Assembly: GCA_033723415.1 (NCBI GenBank)
Contig: JAWVXD010000007.1
Location: 1-64,000, forward strand
From: Sulfurospirillaceae bacterium
Lineage (GTDB): Bacteria; Campylobacterota; Campylobacteria; Campylobacterales; Sulfurospirillaceae
Direction: 5' to 3'
DNA length: 64,000 bases
Shown: positions 48,772-59,168 of the stretch, in pieces
Numbering within the stretch: the first letter of the stretch is position 1
Layout: every line of letters starts with the position of its first letter
The notes under the pieces: generated by a model
Databases searched by the model: none
Told to the model about the DNA's origin: nothing
What the model saw: only the letters and a program-made list of their open reading frames with translations
Position numbers and translations under genes: made by a program

Positions 48772-49815
48772 TTATGAAGAAACCTTCGCTCTTCTTTTAC
48801 TTTCCAAGACTTCCAATGCATTTTTGATCTCATCTTTGTCTGTTTTTATTAATTGTTCTATTTTAACTGATTTTCTAAATCTATGCAATCCTATTTCACC
48901 CAAAAACAGATCTTTTTTGTCTATTGAAATGATAGCATGATCATCAGATGGTCGATTAAGTATAACTATATCACCTTTTTCAAGATCAAGTAACTCACCA
49001 ACGCTTAGTTCTGTTTTACCCAAGATAGCTTCTGCAAAAACCTCTGCTCTTCCTATCAGTGCATTTAATTCTTTATTTCTACTTTTCTTCGAACTAGTTT
49101 CACCCAACATGATATCTCTATTGGCAAGTCTTGACAGTATTGGTTCAAGGTAAATTACAGGATAACATATGTTTATCATGCCACTTGAATTTCCGATCGA
49201 AATCTCCATTACTACCATAATGACTATTTCGTTTTGTGATACTATCTGTACGACATTCGGACTTGATTCTTTTGCTTCTACAGCCGGGTACATGTCCGTT
49301 ACGGGAGCCCATGCTTCTTTTAATCTTTGCATTATTATTCTAAGAATCGCATCTAAAAGATTTAATTCTATATCTGTTAGTTCTCTTGTAACTTCAAATG
49401 ATTCTCCAATACCGCCAAGTAGTCTGTCGATCATAGGAAAAGCGATCGAAGGATTAATCTCGATTGCACAACTTCCGTCCAAAGGTTTTATGGAAAAAAC
49501 ATTAAAACTTGTCGGAATAGGAAGTGACATTAAAAATTCACCATAGGTCATTTGATCTACAGAGTGAAGCTGTATCTCCACAATACTTCTCATAATAGAT
49601 GAAACCTGTGCTGCTAGATTTCTTGCCATCTTGTCATGTATGCCCTTGACTGCTCGAAGTTGTTCTTTTGAAACTCTGTTTGGTCTTTTAAAGTCGTAAA
49701 GTATGATATGGCGTTCTTCAGAATTGTCCGCTACACTTTCAGGATTTTCTGTGTCGTCATTATCTACAACTTCCAGCAAAGCATCTATTTCTTCTTGACT
49801 TAGTATATCAGCCAT
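48772..49815 (-). CDS. fliM: Flagellar motor switch protein FliM
   Basis: ILSQEEIDALL, YDFKRPNRVSKEQ, IDRLLGG. Confidence 0.97.
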   Translation of the reverse strand: MADILSQEEIDALLEVVDNDDTENPESVADNSEERHIILYDFKRPNRVSKEQLRAVKGIHDKMARNLAAQVSSIMRSIVEIQLHSVDQMTYGEFLMSLPIPTSFNVFSIKPLDGSCAIEINPSIAFPMIDRLLGGIGESFEVTRELTDIELNLLDAILRIIMQRLKEAWAPVTDMYPAVEAKESSPNVVQIVSQNEIVIMVVMEISIGNSSGMINICYPVIYLEPILSRLANRDIMLGETSSKKSRNKELNALIGRAEVFAEAILGKTELSVGELLDLEKGDIVILNRPSDDHAIISIDKKDLFLGEIGLHRFRKSVKIEQLIKTDKDEIKNALEVLESKRRAKVSS

Positions 49816-50512
49816 AATCTCTCCCTAACTCACTTCTGATTTTTCTCAAAAGCTTTTTATGTATTTGAGATATTCTTGACTCACTTATATCCAAGACATC
49901 ACTTATCTCTTTCAAGTTCAACTCTTCAAAATAATAAAGCTGCACTATCATTTGTTCTCTTTCATCAAATTTTGATAATACTTGCTTTATTATATCCAAC
50001 AACTGTTCTTTTTCAACCAATTCAGGCGTATTTTCTCCTGAAAATATCGATAATTGTTCATTTATAGGCATTACTGAGATGACTTTGCAACCATTTCTCG
50101 CCTCTTTTATTTTATCTATGTCTTCTCCGGTGACATCGCTTAGATATTCATCACTTGGTTCTTCTTGAAAATCATTAAAATATTTACTAATCTCTTTATC
50201 TATCAATTTGATAAGTCTTCTATCACTTCTGCTTACAACATCCAAAGAACGTAAAAAGTCTAACATAGAGCCATATACTCTTTTTTTTCCATAACCCCAA
50301 AAAGAGTCATTTTTAACTTTATCGTATCTTTTTGAGAGTTTTATCATCTCTTCTGTTCCGATTGATATCAAATCATCCACATCTATGGATGAAGGCAATC
50401 TTTCTCTTAGCCGATATGCCATAGCTCGAAGAGCCGGAAGATACTGTATCACCAAGTCATCTTGCTCTTTCTTGATACTCTGCAAATATGGATTATGCTG
50501 CTTGTTGATCAT
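49808..50512 (-). CDS. fliA: RNA polymerase sigma28 factor
   Basis: RLPSSIDVDDLIS, RVYGSMLDFLR, LYYFEELNLKEI...ESRISQIH; start 50512 after GGAG (50524 possible). Confidence 0.95.
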   Translation of the reverse strand: MINKQHNPYLQSIKKEQDDLVIQYLPALRAMAYRLRERLPSSIDVDDLISIGTEEMIKLSKRYDKVKNDSFWGYGKKRVYGSMLDFLRSLDVVSRSDRRLIKLIDKEISKYFNDFQEEPSDEYLSDVTGEDIDKIKEARNGCKVISVMPINEQLSIFSGENTPELVEKEQLLDIIKQVLSKFDEREQMIVQLYYFEELNLKEISDVLDISESRISQIHKKLLRKIRSELGRDYG

Positions 50513-50864
50513 TTTCTCCATCATCTTCCGTCATACTGTTCAAATGTGTTTGTGCATAATAAAGTTTATTCATCTTATCAATGTCCAATAAAAGAGAATC
50601 AAGTTTATTTTCTCTATAGTCCAACTCTTGCAAAAAATATTCACTTATGTCTTCGTGCTCTTTTTTGTCAAACATCTTACGCCCAAGTCTTGAAAAATCT
50701 ATAAAATTTATCACCACTACATGTATAAATAGATAGAAAAATAGTGTTATAGCCCCTGTATAAAGTAAAATATCCCACGGGCTTACGAAGTTAAGCAAAG
50801 AGAACACTAGCCCAATAAAAAAACCACAGGCCGTAAAAAAATATATATAATTTTCTGTTTGCAT
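50493..50864 (-). CDS. flgV: Two-TM motility protein between flhG and fliA (FlgV-like)
   Basis: ENYIYFFTACGFFIGL N-terminus; synteny flhF-flhG-x-fliA. Confidence 0.65.
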   Translation of the reverse strand: MQTENYIYFFTACGFFIGLVFSLLNFVSPWDILLYTGAITLFFYLFIHVVVINFIDFSRLGRKMFDKKEHEDISEYFLQELDYRENKLDSLLLDIDKMNKLYYAQTHLNSMTEDDGENDQQAA

Positions 50865-50887
50865 TGTCCCACAACTCCAATTTTAAA

Positions 50888-51766
50888 CTAAAATTGTTCA
50901 ATCAGCCTTTTAAAAAAACTACCGAAACTTCTATTTACACCATCTTTAAGCACTTTTCGTTCCAACTTGTATACCAGGTTATTTACAATCTGTTTCATAT
51001 CTATTGAAGCCAAAGAATTCGGAGAGTCGTCCGTAAAGAGAGTCCTTTGCTTTATACTCTTTGCGATTAGCCTATCTTCAGGCAATTTTCCGATAAGATT
51101 TAAATCAAGTTTATTGCCTATATTTTGTAATGCCACTTTCTTGATCTTATCAAATATAAGTGATGCCTCTTTGTCATTTTTGACCATATTTAAAATCAAG
51201 AATAATGAAGATTTGATCTTGCTTGTAACTTTTATTGTAGCATAAGCATCTGTTATGGCAGCAGGATCAGGTACGGTTACGACTATCACCTCATCTGCAG
51301 CTTCCAAAAACAGCTGTATATGTCCGCCTATACCTGCGCCTGTGTCTATGATTATGAAATCCAGATCATCTAGCATAGAACTTTCTTCATAAAATCTCTC
51401 AAATATAAATTGATCGCTATATTTTAGTATCTCATCTCCACTTTCTCCTGGGATCAATATAAGATTTTTATTTACGTTGACAATAATATCACTAAGAGAA
51501 CACTCTCCCTTTAACACATGCAAAATATTTTTGTTGATGCGCACATTTAAGATCACATCTAAATTTGCCAAACCTATATCCGCGTCTAAAAGAGCCACTT
51601 TATAGCCATTTTGAGATAAAACGTTTGCCATATTTGCGCTAATGGTACTTTTCCCTACTCCACCTTTTCCGCTTGTGATGGCTACATACTTCGTATTTAC
51701 TTTTTTTTCAGTTTGTCTTTTTTGATCAACAATCTCTTTTAGCTTATTTGCCTGGTTGTTCATCAT
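50888..51766 (-). CDS. flhG: Flagellar number regulator, MinD-like ATPase
   Basis: NQANKL, TSGKGGVGKS, DADIGLAN, DTGAG, AITDAYA. Confidence 0.95.
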   Translation of the reverse strand: MMNNQANKLKEIVDQKRQTEKKVNTKYVAITSGKGGVGKSTISANMANVLSQNGYKVALLDADIGLANLDVILNVRINKNILHVLKGECSLSDIIVNVNKNLILIPGESGDEILKYSDQFIFERFYEESSMLDDLDFIIIDTGAGIGGHIQLFLEAADEVIVVTVPDPAAITDAYATIKVTSKIKSSLFLILNMVKNDKEASLIFDKIKKVALQNIGNKLDLNLIGKLPEDRLIAKSIKQRTLFTDDSPNSLASIDMKQIVNNLVYKLERKVLKDGVNRSFGSFFKRLIEQF

Positions 51767-53018
51767 GCTTTTCCTTTTTTGCATTAAAGCCTTCAAGTAT
51801 ACAATTTACCAAAAAGTCACTTGAAGCCGTGACTAGGTCATCTGGCACCTCTTGTCCTGTAGAAAAATAACTCACTGGTTTGTTTATATTGTAGATCAAA
51901 GAAAAAATCGTTCCAAAAACCTTGGTTTCATCAAATTTTGTAAATATCAAAGTATCAATATCAAGAAATTCATAACTCTTATATATCTCTTCCAAATCTT
52001 CGAGTTTATATCCGGCGGAGAGCACTAGGTTTACATCTATTTGAAAATCGCTCTTTCTGATAAATTCATTTAACTTTGCAAGTTTTTGCTTATCATACTG
52101 AGAACTTCCAACTGTATCTATCAAGACGATATCACAGTGACTAAGAGAGTTTAGAGCATCATTGAAATCATTTGGATCAACTACATCTTCTATAGGCAGC
52201 CTCATCATTTTTGCATACTGAAAAAGCTGTTCAACGGCACCTATCCTGTAAGTATCTAGAGTAATAATACCGACTTTACTTCGTTTTTCCATCAAATATG
52301 AATATCTAGCAGCAAGTTTAGCTATAGTCGTAGTTTTCCCTACACCGGTAGGTCCAACGAACATCATGACCTTTTTGACTTTTCTATTTGCAGGAGACTC
52401 TACCCTGACAGGAATTAATTTGCGAAGAAGGACCTGAAAATACCTTTTGATCGTTTCGCTGTTGCTTTTCATGCGTGAGGGCATATGCTCTAAGGTCAGA
52501 TTCATAATATTTTCTAGATGATCTTCTCCCATGCCGCTTTTTTTAGCTAATTTATATATTTCAGCAAATTCGGCAGGAATTTGTAGATTATTTCTATTCG
52601 GTGCTTTTTCTTCCCAAAACATCTCTTGGATCAGCTTTATTTTATCTGCTAACTTTGTTATTTCATCTTTTATGCATGTTATTTCTTCATTTGCTTTTGT
52701 CGAAACTTCTTTTTCTATATTGCTTTTCTGTCCTATATTGTCGTTAGTAACTTTTGCAATTTGTGAGATCTGTTTTGCGGCTTCTGATATATTTGCCAAC
52801 ATATCGTCATTGCTCTTTTGCGTATATTTCTCTTTTGGCGGAATAACTTTTTTTTGGTCCTCTTCCACTCCGACTATTACTTCATAGAGAGATGAAGAGT
52901 TTATAGTTTTTTTTCTGATCTGCTTTGTACTTACCACAAGAGCATTTTCTCCACACTCAGCTTGAGCTTGTTTTAACGCAACTGCAGGAGTTTCACCACT
53001 AAATGTTAGAAATTTCAC
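51744..53018 (-). CDS. flhF: Flagellar biosynthesis SRP-type GTPase
   Basis: GPTGVGKTTT, DTYRIGAVEQL, DTVG, TKFDET, GQEVPDD. Confidence 0.97.
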   Translation of the reverse strand: MKFLTFSGETPAVALKQAQAECGENALVVSTKQIRKKTINSSSLYEVIVGVEEDQKKVIPPKEKYTQKSNDDMLANISEAAKQISQIAKVTNDNIGQKSNIEKEVSTKANEEITCIKDEITKLADKIKLIQEMFWEEKAPNRNNLQIPAEFAEIYKLAKKSGMGEDHLENIMNLTLEHMPSRMKSNSETIKRYFQVLLRKLIPVRVESPANRKVKKVMMFVGPTGVGKTTTIAKLAARYSYLMEKRSKVGIITLDTYRIGAVEQLFQYAKMMRLPIEDVVDPNDFNDALNSLSHCDIVLIDTVGSSQYDKQKLAKLNEFIRKSDFQIDVNLVLSAGYKLEDLEEIYKSYEFLDIDTLIFTKFDETKVFGTIFSLIYNINKPVSYFSTGQEVPDDLVTASSDFLVNCILEGFNAKKEKHDEQPGK

Positions 53019-53509
53019 GCTATTTCCTTTTTCACATATTCAAGAGGTATTTTAACACTTAATCTTTCTTCCCACTCTGGATGTGGTATGGTCAACATTT
53101 TTGTATTTATTTTTAAATCATCAAAAAATATTATATCCAAATCTATACTCCTTGGTGCATTTCTAAAACTTCTTTTTCTTTTTTGTCTTTTTTCAATTCG
53201 TAAAAGATTTTTTAATAACTCTTTTGGTGTAAGCGAAGTTTGCAAAACCAAAACAGCATTTAGAAAATCATTTTGTTCTAAATATCCAAATGGAGGATTC
53301 TTTAGGATAGGAGATGTGCACAAGATATGAAATCTTCTATCTTGTAAAAAATATCTTAAAACAGAATCAAATCTCTTAAAAACATTTCCTACATTCCCTC
53401 CTATCCCAACTACTGCTTTATGTTTAAAACAAGTTTTTTTACGATATCTTCTTGGAAAATTTTTGGAAAAATAAAGCGTTAAATCTTGATTTAACTTGAT
53501 CTTTTTCAA
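53015..53509 (-). CDS. folK: 2-amino-4-hydroxy-6-hydroxymethyldihydropteridine diphosphokinase
   Basis: GIGGNVG, FLNAV, APRSIDLDII, IPHP. Confidence 0.93.
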   Translation of the reverse strand: MKKIKLNQDLTLYFSKNFPRRYRKKTCFKHKAVVGIGGNVGNVFKRFDSVLRYFLQDRRFHILCTSPILKNPPFGYLEQNDFLNAVLVLQTSLTPKELLKNLLRIEKRQKRKRSFRNAPRSIDLDIIFFDDLKINTKMLTIPHPEWEERLSVKIPLEYVKKEIA

Positions 53510-54534
53510 CTGATGATCTCAACACTCGTTTCTTTTGCTATAACCGTATCTTCGATACGAACGCCAAATTCTCCCGGTAGATAGATCCCGGGTTCTATGG
53601 TAAAAACCATATTTTCTTCTATGATATCTTTGCTTCTTGCGCCGATTACCGGCAATTCATGAATATCCAAGCCAACGCCGTGTCCTGTTGAGTGGATAAA
53701 GTATTTCCCGTATCCTGCTTTATCTATGACATCACGTCCTGCTTTGTCTATATCACTGGCTTTTACACCGGCTTTTGCCTTCTTTATAGATGCTTCATGA
53801 GCTCTCAAAACCGTATCGTAAACTTTTTGTTTCAGACTATCATTAAACTTCATATTCTTTTCAAATACCATGGACTCTCCGGCTTGGGCGGTTCTTGTTC
53901 GATCAGAACAGTACCTTTTGTATTTGACACCGGCATCCAACAGGATCAATTCACCTTCCTGAAGAATTTTTTCTGAAGGCAGAGCATGAGGTTTTGCCGC
54001 ATTTTCACCTAATGCTACAATAGGTGAAAAACTAAGTTCTAGCTCACCATAGTTTTTAAATATATTTTCTGCTTCGTTAAACAATCTTTTTTCACTCATC
54101 CCAAAACCGTTCTCTCTCACAAAACCGGCAAATCTGTCGAAAGCATCTGCTCCTAATTTTGCTGCAGCTCTTAAAATATCAAGTTCTTCTTTGCTCTTTA
54201 TAATTCTCTTCTGTTGTGAAAAATTCACTTTTTTTGAAAAGTTAATATTTAGCTTTGAACTTAATCTTTCAAATGCATCTACGCTCCATTCAAACGGATC
54301 ATACACGATCGTCTTCACTTTAGAACTTCTGATGATCTTTCGCGCGGCTTTTAAAGGATCTCTTCTGTCCATCTCTATAACTTGGGCGTTTTTTATATAC
54401 TCTTTCGCTTCTGTTACGTATCTGGCATCAGTTAGGAAATAAGCATCATCTCCAAGTCTTAAAAAGATCTCACTATCACATGAGAAGCCGCATTCAAAGT
54501 ATACGGCATTTTCATTTTTTAATATATAATTCAT
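53506..54534 (-). CDS. Xaa-Pro aminopeptidase (M24 family)
   Basis: YCSDRTRT, HSTGHGVGLDIHE, TIEPGIY, GVRIED. Confidence 0.93.
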   Translation of the reverse strand: MNYILKNENAVYFECGFSCDSEIFLRLGDDAYFLTDARYVTEAKEYIKNAQVIEMDRRDPLKAARKIIRSSKVKTIVYDPFEWSVDAFERLSSKLNINFSKKVNFSQQKRIIKSKEELDILRAAAKLGADAFDRFAGFVRENGFGMSEKRLFNEAENIFKNYGELELSFSPIVALGENAAKPHALPSEKILQEGELILLDAGVKYKRYCSDRTRTAQAGESMVFEKNMKFNDSLKQKVYDTVLRAHEASIKKAKAGVKASDIDKAGRDVIDKAGYGKYFIHSTGHGVGLDIHELPVIGARSKDIIEENMVFTIEPGIYLPGEFGVRIEDTVIAKETSVEIIS

Positions 54535-55013
54535 TAAGCTTTAGCTTGCTCTTCCGCTTGAGCTTTTTGCAATGCTTCCATCTCACCTAACATTTGTAAA
54601 AGAGAGATCATTGCCAAGTGGTAGCCAAACGGTCCAAATCCTGTGATAACACCCGTACTTACTTCAGCAGTCATACTTTTTGCTCTAAATTCTTCTCTTC
54701 TGTGAATGTTACTTATATGCACTTCTATAGTTGGTAATGCAACAGCACTGATAGCATCTCTTATAGCTATTGAGGTATGAGAATAAGCCGCCGGATTAAT
54801 GATTATACCGTCTGCATCACCTAAACACTCTTGGATCTTATCTACTATTTCACCTTCTAAATTTGATTGAAAAAACTCAATCTCAGTACCGTTTTGTTTA
54901 GCAACTGCTTCCATTTGTGCATGGATTTCTTCTAATTTCATAGGTCCATAAATATTTTGCTCTCTATGTCCTAACATATTCAAATTCGGTCCTTGGATTA
55001 CAACAATCTTCAC
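54534..55013 (-). CDS. aroQ: Type II 3-dehydroquinate dehydratase
   Basis: [30 protein letters not shown] start. Confidence 0.97.
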   Translation of the reverse strand: MKIVVIQGPNLNMLGHREQNIYGPMKLEEIHAQMEAVAKQNGTEIEFFQSNLEGEIVDKIQECLGDADGIIINPAAYSHTSIAIRDAISAVALPTIEVHISNIHRREEFRAKSMTAEVSTGVITGFGPFGYHLAMISLLQMLGEMEALQKAQAEEQAKA

Positions 55014-55132
55014 ATTTCTTCCTTTGTTTAAAAAATTTCTTTATTATACCAATAGCAACTAAAAAATTTTATTAAGTGTTTGTTTACCAAGACGAGTTAT
55101 ACTTCTCTTATATAATTTTACAAGGAGTCGAC

Positions 55133-55708
55133 ATGAGCAAAATATTATTTATCGTAGGTGATTTTGTAGAAGATTATGAAGTTATGGTACCTTTTCAAGC
55201 ACTTGGTGCCGTAGGTCATGACGTGGTTGCAGTGTGCCCAGAAAAAAAGGCAGGTGATTTTGTCAGAACTGCTATTCACGACTTTGAAGGTGATCAAACC
55301 TATAGTGAAAAGCCCGGTCATAATTTCACGTTAAATGGAACATTTAGTGAAATAGACGTAAAAAGCTTCGACGCACTTGTAATACCTGGAGGAAGAGCGC
55401 CGGAGTATTTAAGGTTAAATGACAAAGTATTGGAATTTGTGAGACATTTTGCAGATGCGAACAAACCCATAGCAGCTATCTGTCATGGAGCCCAGATACT
55501 TGCGGCTGCAAATCTGCTAAAAGGGAAAACCTGTTCTGCTTATCCTGCCTGTGCTCCGGAAGTGAGAGAAGCCGGTGGAAGTTATAAAGATATTGCAGTA
55601 ACGGATGCCTTTACAGATGGTAACTTGGTCACCGCACCTGCTTGGCCGGCTCATCCTGAGTGGATATCACAATTCTTAAAAGTCTTAGGAACAAAAATAA
55701 CACTCTAG
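55133..55708 (+). CDS. DJ-1/PfpI-family protein
   Basis: [26 protein letters not shown] 55133 after AAGGAG. Confidence 0.93.
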   Translation: MSKILFIVGDFVEDYEVMVPFQALGAVGHDVVAVCPEKKAGDFVRTAIHDFEGDQTYSEKPGHNFTLNGTFSEIDVKSFDALVIPGGRAPEYLRLNDKVLEFVRHFADANKPIAAICHGAQILAAANLLKGKTCSAYPACAPEVREAGGSYKDIAVTDAFTDGNLVTAPAWPAHPEWISQFLKVLGTKITL

Positions 55709-55713
55709 AATAA

Positions 55714-55739
55714 AGGGATTATATAATTATATAATCCCT
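55714..55739. terminator. Perfect 26-bp palindrome after pfpI (probable terminator)
   Basis: AGGGATTATATAA/TTATATAATCCCT. Confidence 0.55.
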
Positions 55740-55798
55740 AAAAAAATCTCATCTTACATTTATGCTACAATTTTGAAAAATTATATAAGGGTTTTTAC

Positions 55799-57022
55799 TT
55801 GAAAATATTAACAGCTGATTATATTATTACGTGCAATGATAATTTTGATATCATTGAAAATGGTGCCATCTGTTTTGATGAAACTATAATAGAAATAGGA
55901 AAAAGCAAAGATATTATAAATAAATACGGCGATGCAAAATTAATTTGGGCGGGTGAAAACTCTGTAATTCTCCCTGGGCTCATCAACTCTCATGTTCATC
56001 TGGAATTTAGTGCAAATAAAACATCTCTTAAATACGGAGATTTTATCCCCTGGTTAAACAGTGTTATAAGAAACAGAGACGAGATCTTACATAATAGCAC
56101 ACAGGGGTGTATAGAAAATGAGTTGGAGAATATGCTAAAAAGCGGAACTACTACTCTAGGAGAGATCAGCAGCTTTGGGGATGACTTCGATGCTTGCATC
56201 AAAACACCTCAAAAAGTCGTCTATTTTACTGAAATTCTGGGTTCTAGAGCCGATACGGTAGACGTTTTATTTAATGATTTCAAATCAAAGTTACAACAAA
56301 GCGAAGAGTATAGAAGTCCAACTTTTATACCGGCGATTTCTATTCATTCACCTTACTCTACGCACCCAATTCTTGCAAAACACGCCTTAGATATTGCGAG
56401 AGAAAAAGATTACCTAGTCTCTACTCATTTTATGGAAAGTCAAGCAGAGAGAGATTGGTTAGATGATGGTAGCGGTGATTTTATAGAGTTTTTCAACGCA
56501 TTTGCACCAAATGCCAAACCTCTTACAAACAGTCTAGACTATTTGGATCTTTTTCATGATACCAAAACACTATTTACCCACTGCACTAAAGCAGAGCAAA
56601 GAGAGATAGATAGGATAAAAGAACTTGGTGGATATATCACACATTGTCCTGTTTCAAACAGACTTTTAAACTCCGGTAGGTTAGGTATAGAAAATATAGA
56701 CAAAAATATGTTAAACTTAGGAACAGACGGATTAAGTTCAAATATTTCTCTTAGTCTTTGGGATGAAATGAGGATGGCTCTCATGATACATCATCTTGGA
56801 GATCTTGAGAAATTATCAAAACAACTTTTAAAGATGAGCACTATAAATGCAGCAACTGCACTTGGGCTCAATAACGGTGTATTAGATAAAGCAAAAGATG
56901 CAGATATCATAACCATCAAAATGCCAGACAAACTAACATCATGTGATAATCTATGCACCCAATTGATCTTGCATTCTCAAACAGTCGATAAAACTTATAT
57001 TAACGGGAAGGAGATAAAATGA
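55799..57022 (+). CDS. mqnF: Aminofutalosine deaminase-family amidohydrolase
   Basis: PGLINSHVHLEF, HSPYS, HFMES, HCPVSN, GTDG; Campylobacterota position upstream of sppA. Confidence 0.8.
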   Translation: MKILTADYIITCNDNFDIIENGAICFDETIIEIGKSKDIINKYGDAKLIWAGENSVILPGLINSHVHLEFSANKTSLKYGDFIPWLNSVIRNRDEILHNSTQGCIENELENMLKSGTTTLGEISSFGDDFDACIKTPQKVVYFTEILGSRADTVDVLFNDFKSKLQQSEEYRSPTFIPAISIHSPYSTHPILAKHALDIAREKDYLVSTHFMESQAERDWLDDGSGDFIEFFNAFAPNAKPLTNSLDYLDLFHDTKTLFTHCTKAEQREIDRIKELGGYITHCPVSNRLLNSGRLGIENIDKNMLNLGTDGLSSNISLSLWDEMRMALMIHHLGDLEKLSKQLLKMSTINAATALGLNNGVLDKAKDADIITIKMPDKLTSCDNLCTQLILHSQTVDKTYINGKEIK

Positions 57023-57882
57023 TAATTTTCCGATTCATTGGGAAGATCATAGATTATATACAAAATCATTTTAAAGCTATGATCTTTTTACTTTTACTTT
57101 TCATAATATTTTCTCCTTTTGGTACAGAGGACTTACAAAAACCAAACCTTGAAGTCATAAAAATAGAGGGACAGATAGGGGATATTGATAAGATCATGGA
57201 GCAGATAAACGATGCTGCAAGCAATAAATCCATAAAAGGCGTTTTACTAAAAGTCAACTCCCCAGGCGGTGCACTGGCACCTTCTGTTGAACTTTCTTTG
57301 GCCGTAAAAAGACTTGCATCCCTCAAGCCTGTAATCGCTTATGCTAGCGGTAACATGACAAGCGGAAGTTATTACGCTTCGATTTGGGCGAATAAGATCA
57401 TAGCAAATCCAGGATCTTTTATAGGATCTATAGGGGTGTTATTTCAAGCTCCTAACATAGAAGAACTAGCACGTAAACTTGGAATTAAAGAGCAAGTCGT
57501 ATCAGCAGGAGCTTACAAACAAATGGGAACTTTTACAAGAGAATGGACACCCAAAGAAAAAACTGCTATGAGAGAATTGGTAGATGATGCTTATAAAATG
57601 TTTATAAATGATGTCTCAAAAGCAAGGCACTTAGATCCTGCTAGTTATAAAACTTATGCGGATGCAAAAATTTTTATGGCAAGTAAAGCTCAAAAGTTAG
57701 GACTTATAGATGAAGTAGGCTCTTTGTTTAAAGCAAAAAGTGAACTTATAAGATTGTCACAAGTACAAAATCCTATCTGGAAAAGACCATCTCGCAATAT
57801 GGAAGAATTTTTAAACGAACTAAAAACAAACAGTTCTTTTTCGCTAATAAACTTAGGTAGTATGAGTGGAAAATTAAAGTGA
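57019..57882 (+). CDS. sppA: Signal peptide peptidase SppA (S49)
   Basis: VNSPGG, SGSYY, GSIGV, AGAYKQMG. Confidence 0.92.
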   Translation: MIIFRFIGKIIDYIQNHFKAMIFLLLLFIIFSPFGTEDLQKPNLEVIKIEGQIGDIDKIMEQINDAASNKSIKGVLLKVNSPGGALAPSVELSLAVKRLASLKPVIAYASGNMTSGSYYASIWANKIIANPGSFIGSIGVLFQAPNIEELARKLGIKEQVVSAGAYKQMGTFTREWTPKEKTAMRELVDDAYKMFINDVSKARHLDPASYKTYADAKIFMASKAQKLGLIDEVGSLFKAKSELIRLSQVQNPIWKRPSRNMEEFLNELKTNSSFSLINLGSMSGKLK

Positions 57883-59060
57883 GAAAATATGCTTTTGCGA
57901 TAATCGCAGGTATATTGGTTTTATTTGCAAGCCTCGGACTTGGAAGATTTGCCTTTGGAATGGTTTTACCAAGCATGCAAACGGATTTGGGTATCAACAT
58001 AACTCAATCCGGTTTTATAGGGACCAGTAATTTTTTAGGCTATCTGGGAGGGCTTCTATTCTCAGGCGCTTTTTACAGTAAATTCGGCGCTCCAAAGCTT
58101 ATAGTCAGATCTCTTTTGACTCAGGGTCTGTTTATGTTCCTTATGACTCTGGGATCAAGCTATATATCCGTCTCATTCTTCTATTTTTTTGCAGGATTTT
58201 TCGGAGCCCTTGCAAATATGTCTATCATGGCTTATATCACTCAAATAGTTCCAAAAGACATAAGAGGAAAAGCCGTAGGAATCCTTACTGTCGGCAATGG
58301 TTCCGCCATCGTCTTCAGCGGCTATATCGTACCTTATATGGAATCTATCTACAAAGCTGCTTCATGGAAAATAACCTGGGGAATATTTGCAGCGATCACT
58401 ATGTTGATAGCTTTTATAATAAGCCCCGGACTCAAACATGACAATCCACATGCAAATGTAAAAGAGAGTGATAATGAACCATACTTTGAGATCTTTAGAG
58501 ATATAAGATTTATACGAATAAGCGGTATCTACTTTTGTTTTGGTATTACCTATGTGGTTTATGTAACATTTTTTGTACTGGCCAGTATGGATAAATGGCA
58601 TATTTCATCTAGTCTCTCAGCTCCATTTTGGATACTACTTGGTTTTCTAAGTATGTTCTCAGGAGCACTTTTCGGGATTTTAGCCGACAAGATCGGCAGA
58701 TGGAAAACACTTAGCGTAGTATTTTTAATACAAAGTATATCCAATCTTATTATGGCATTGGATATGCCATCATCCTATCTTTGGGTTTCAGCATCTTTAT
58801 TTGGGATTTCTGTTTGGGCAACTCCATCTATAATGGCTGTTTTGACTGCAGAGACTTTCGGTATGGAAAAAACTGCAAAAATCTTCAGTAAGATAACTAT
58901 AATTTTTGCATTGGGTCAAATAATTGGTCCTGTGGGAGCAGGTTATCTAACGGACATAACAAAGAATTTTTCTTATGCCTTTGGTGTATCTTCTATTTTG
59001 ACTTTTTTAGCTTTTATCGGTTCATCTTATATTATCTTGAAAAATGACCGATTAATTTAA
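57879..59060 (+). CDS. MFS transporter (YbfB/YjiJ-like)
   Basis: GLGRFAFGMVLPSM, NFLGYL, LADKIGR; about 12 TM. Confidence 0.88.
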   Translation: MRKYAFAIIAGILVLFASLGLGRFAFGMVLPSMQTDLGINITQSGFIGTSNFLGYLGGLLFSGAFYSKFGAPKLIVRSLLTQGLFMFLMTLGSSYISVSFFYFFAGFFGALANMSIMAYITQIVPKDIRGKAVGILTVGNGSAIVFSGYIVPYMESIYKAASWKITWGIFAAITMLIAFIISPGLKHDNPHANVKESDNEPYFEIFRDIRFIRISGIYFCFGITYVVYVTFFVLASMDKWHISSSLSAPFWILLGFLSMFSGALFGILADKIGRWKTLSVVFLIQSISNLIMALDMPSSYLWVSASLFGISVWATPSIMAVLTAETFGMEKTAKIFSKITIIFALGQIIGPVGAGYLTDITKNFSYAFGVSSILTFLAFIGSSYIILKNDRLI

Positions 59061-59168
59061 TATATTTAGTTTTTATTAAGAATTTAATTATTCTTTCAAG
59101 CATAATTACATATAATTGACAAAAAGCATCACTGCTATTTTTATCTAATTTCAAAAGGAAGTCTGATC

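Noticed and set aside
55714..55739. Perfect 26-bp palindrome as a MITE end or operator
   Set aside because: Single copy, 5 bp after a stop codon; a terminator is the simplest explanation
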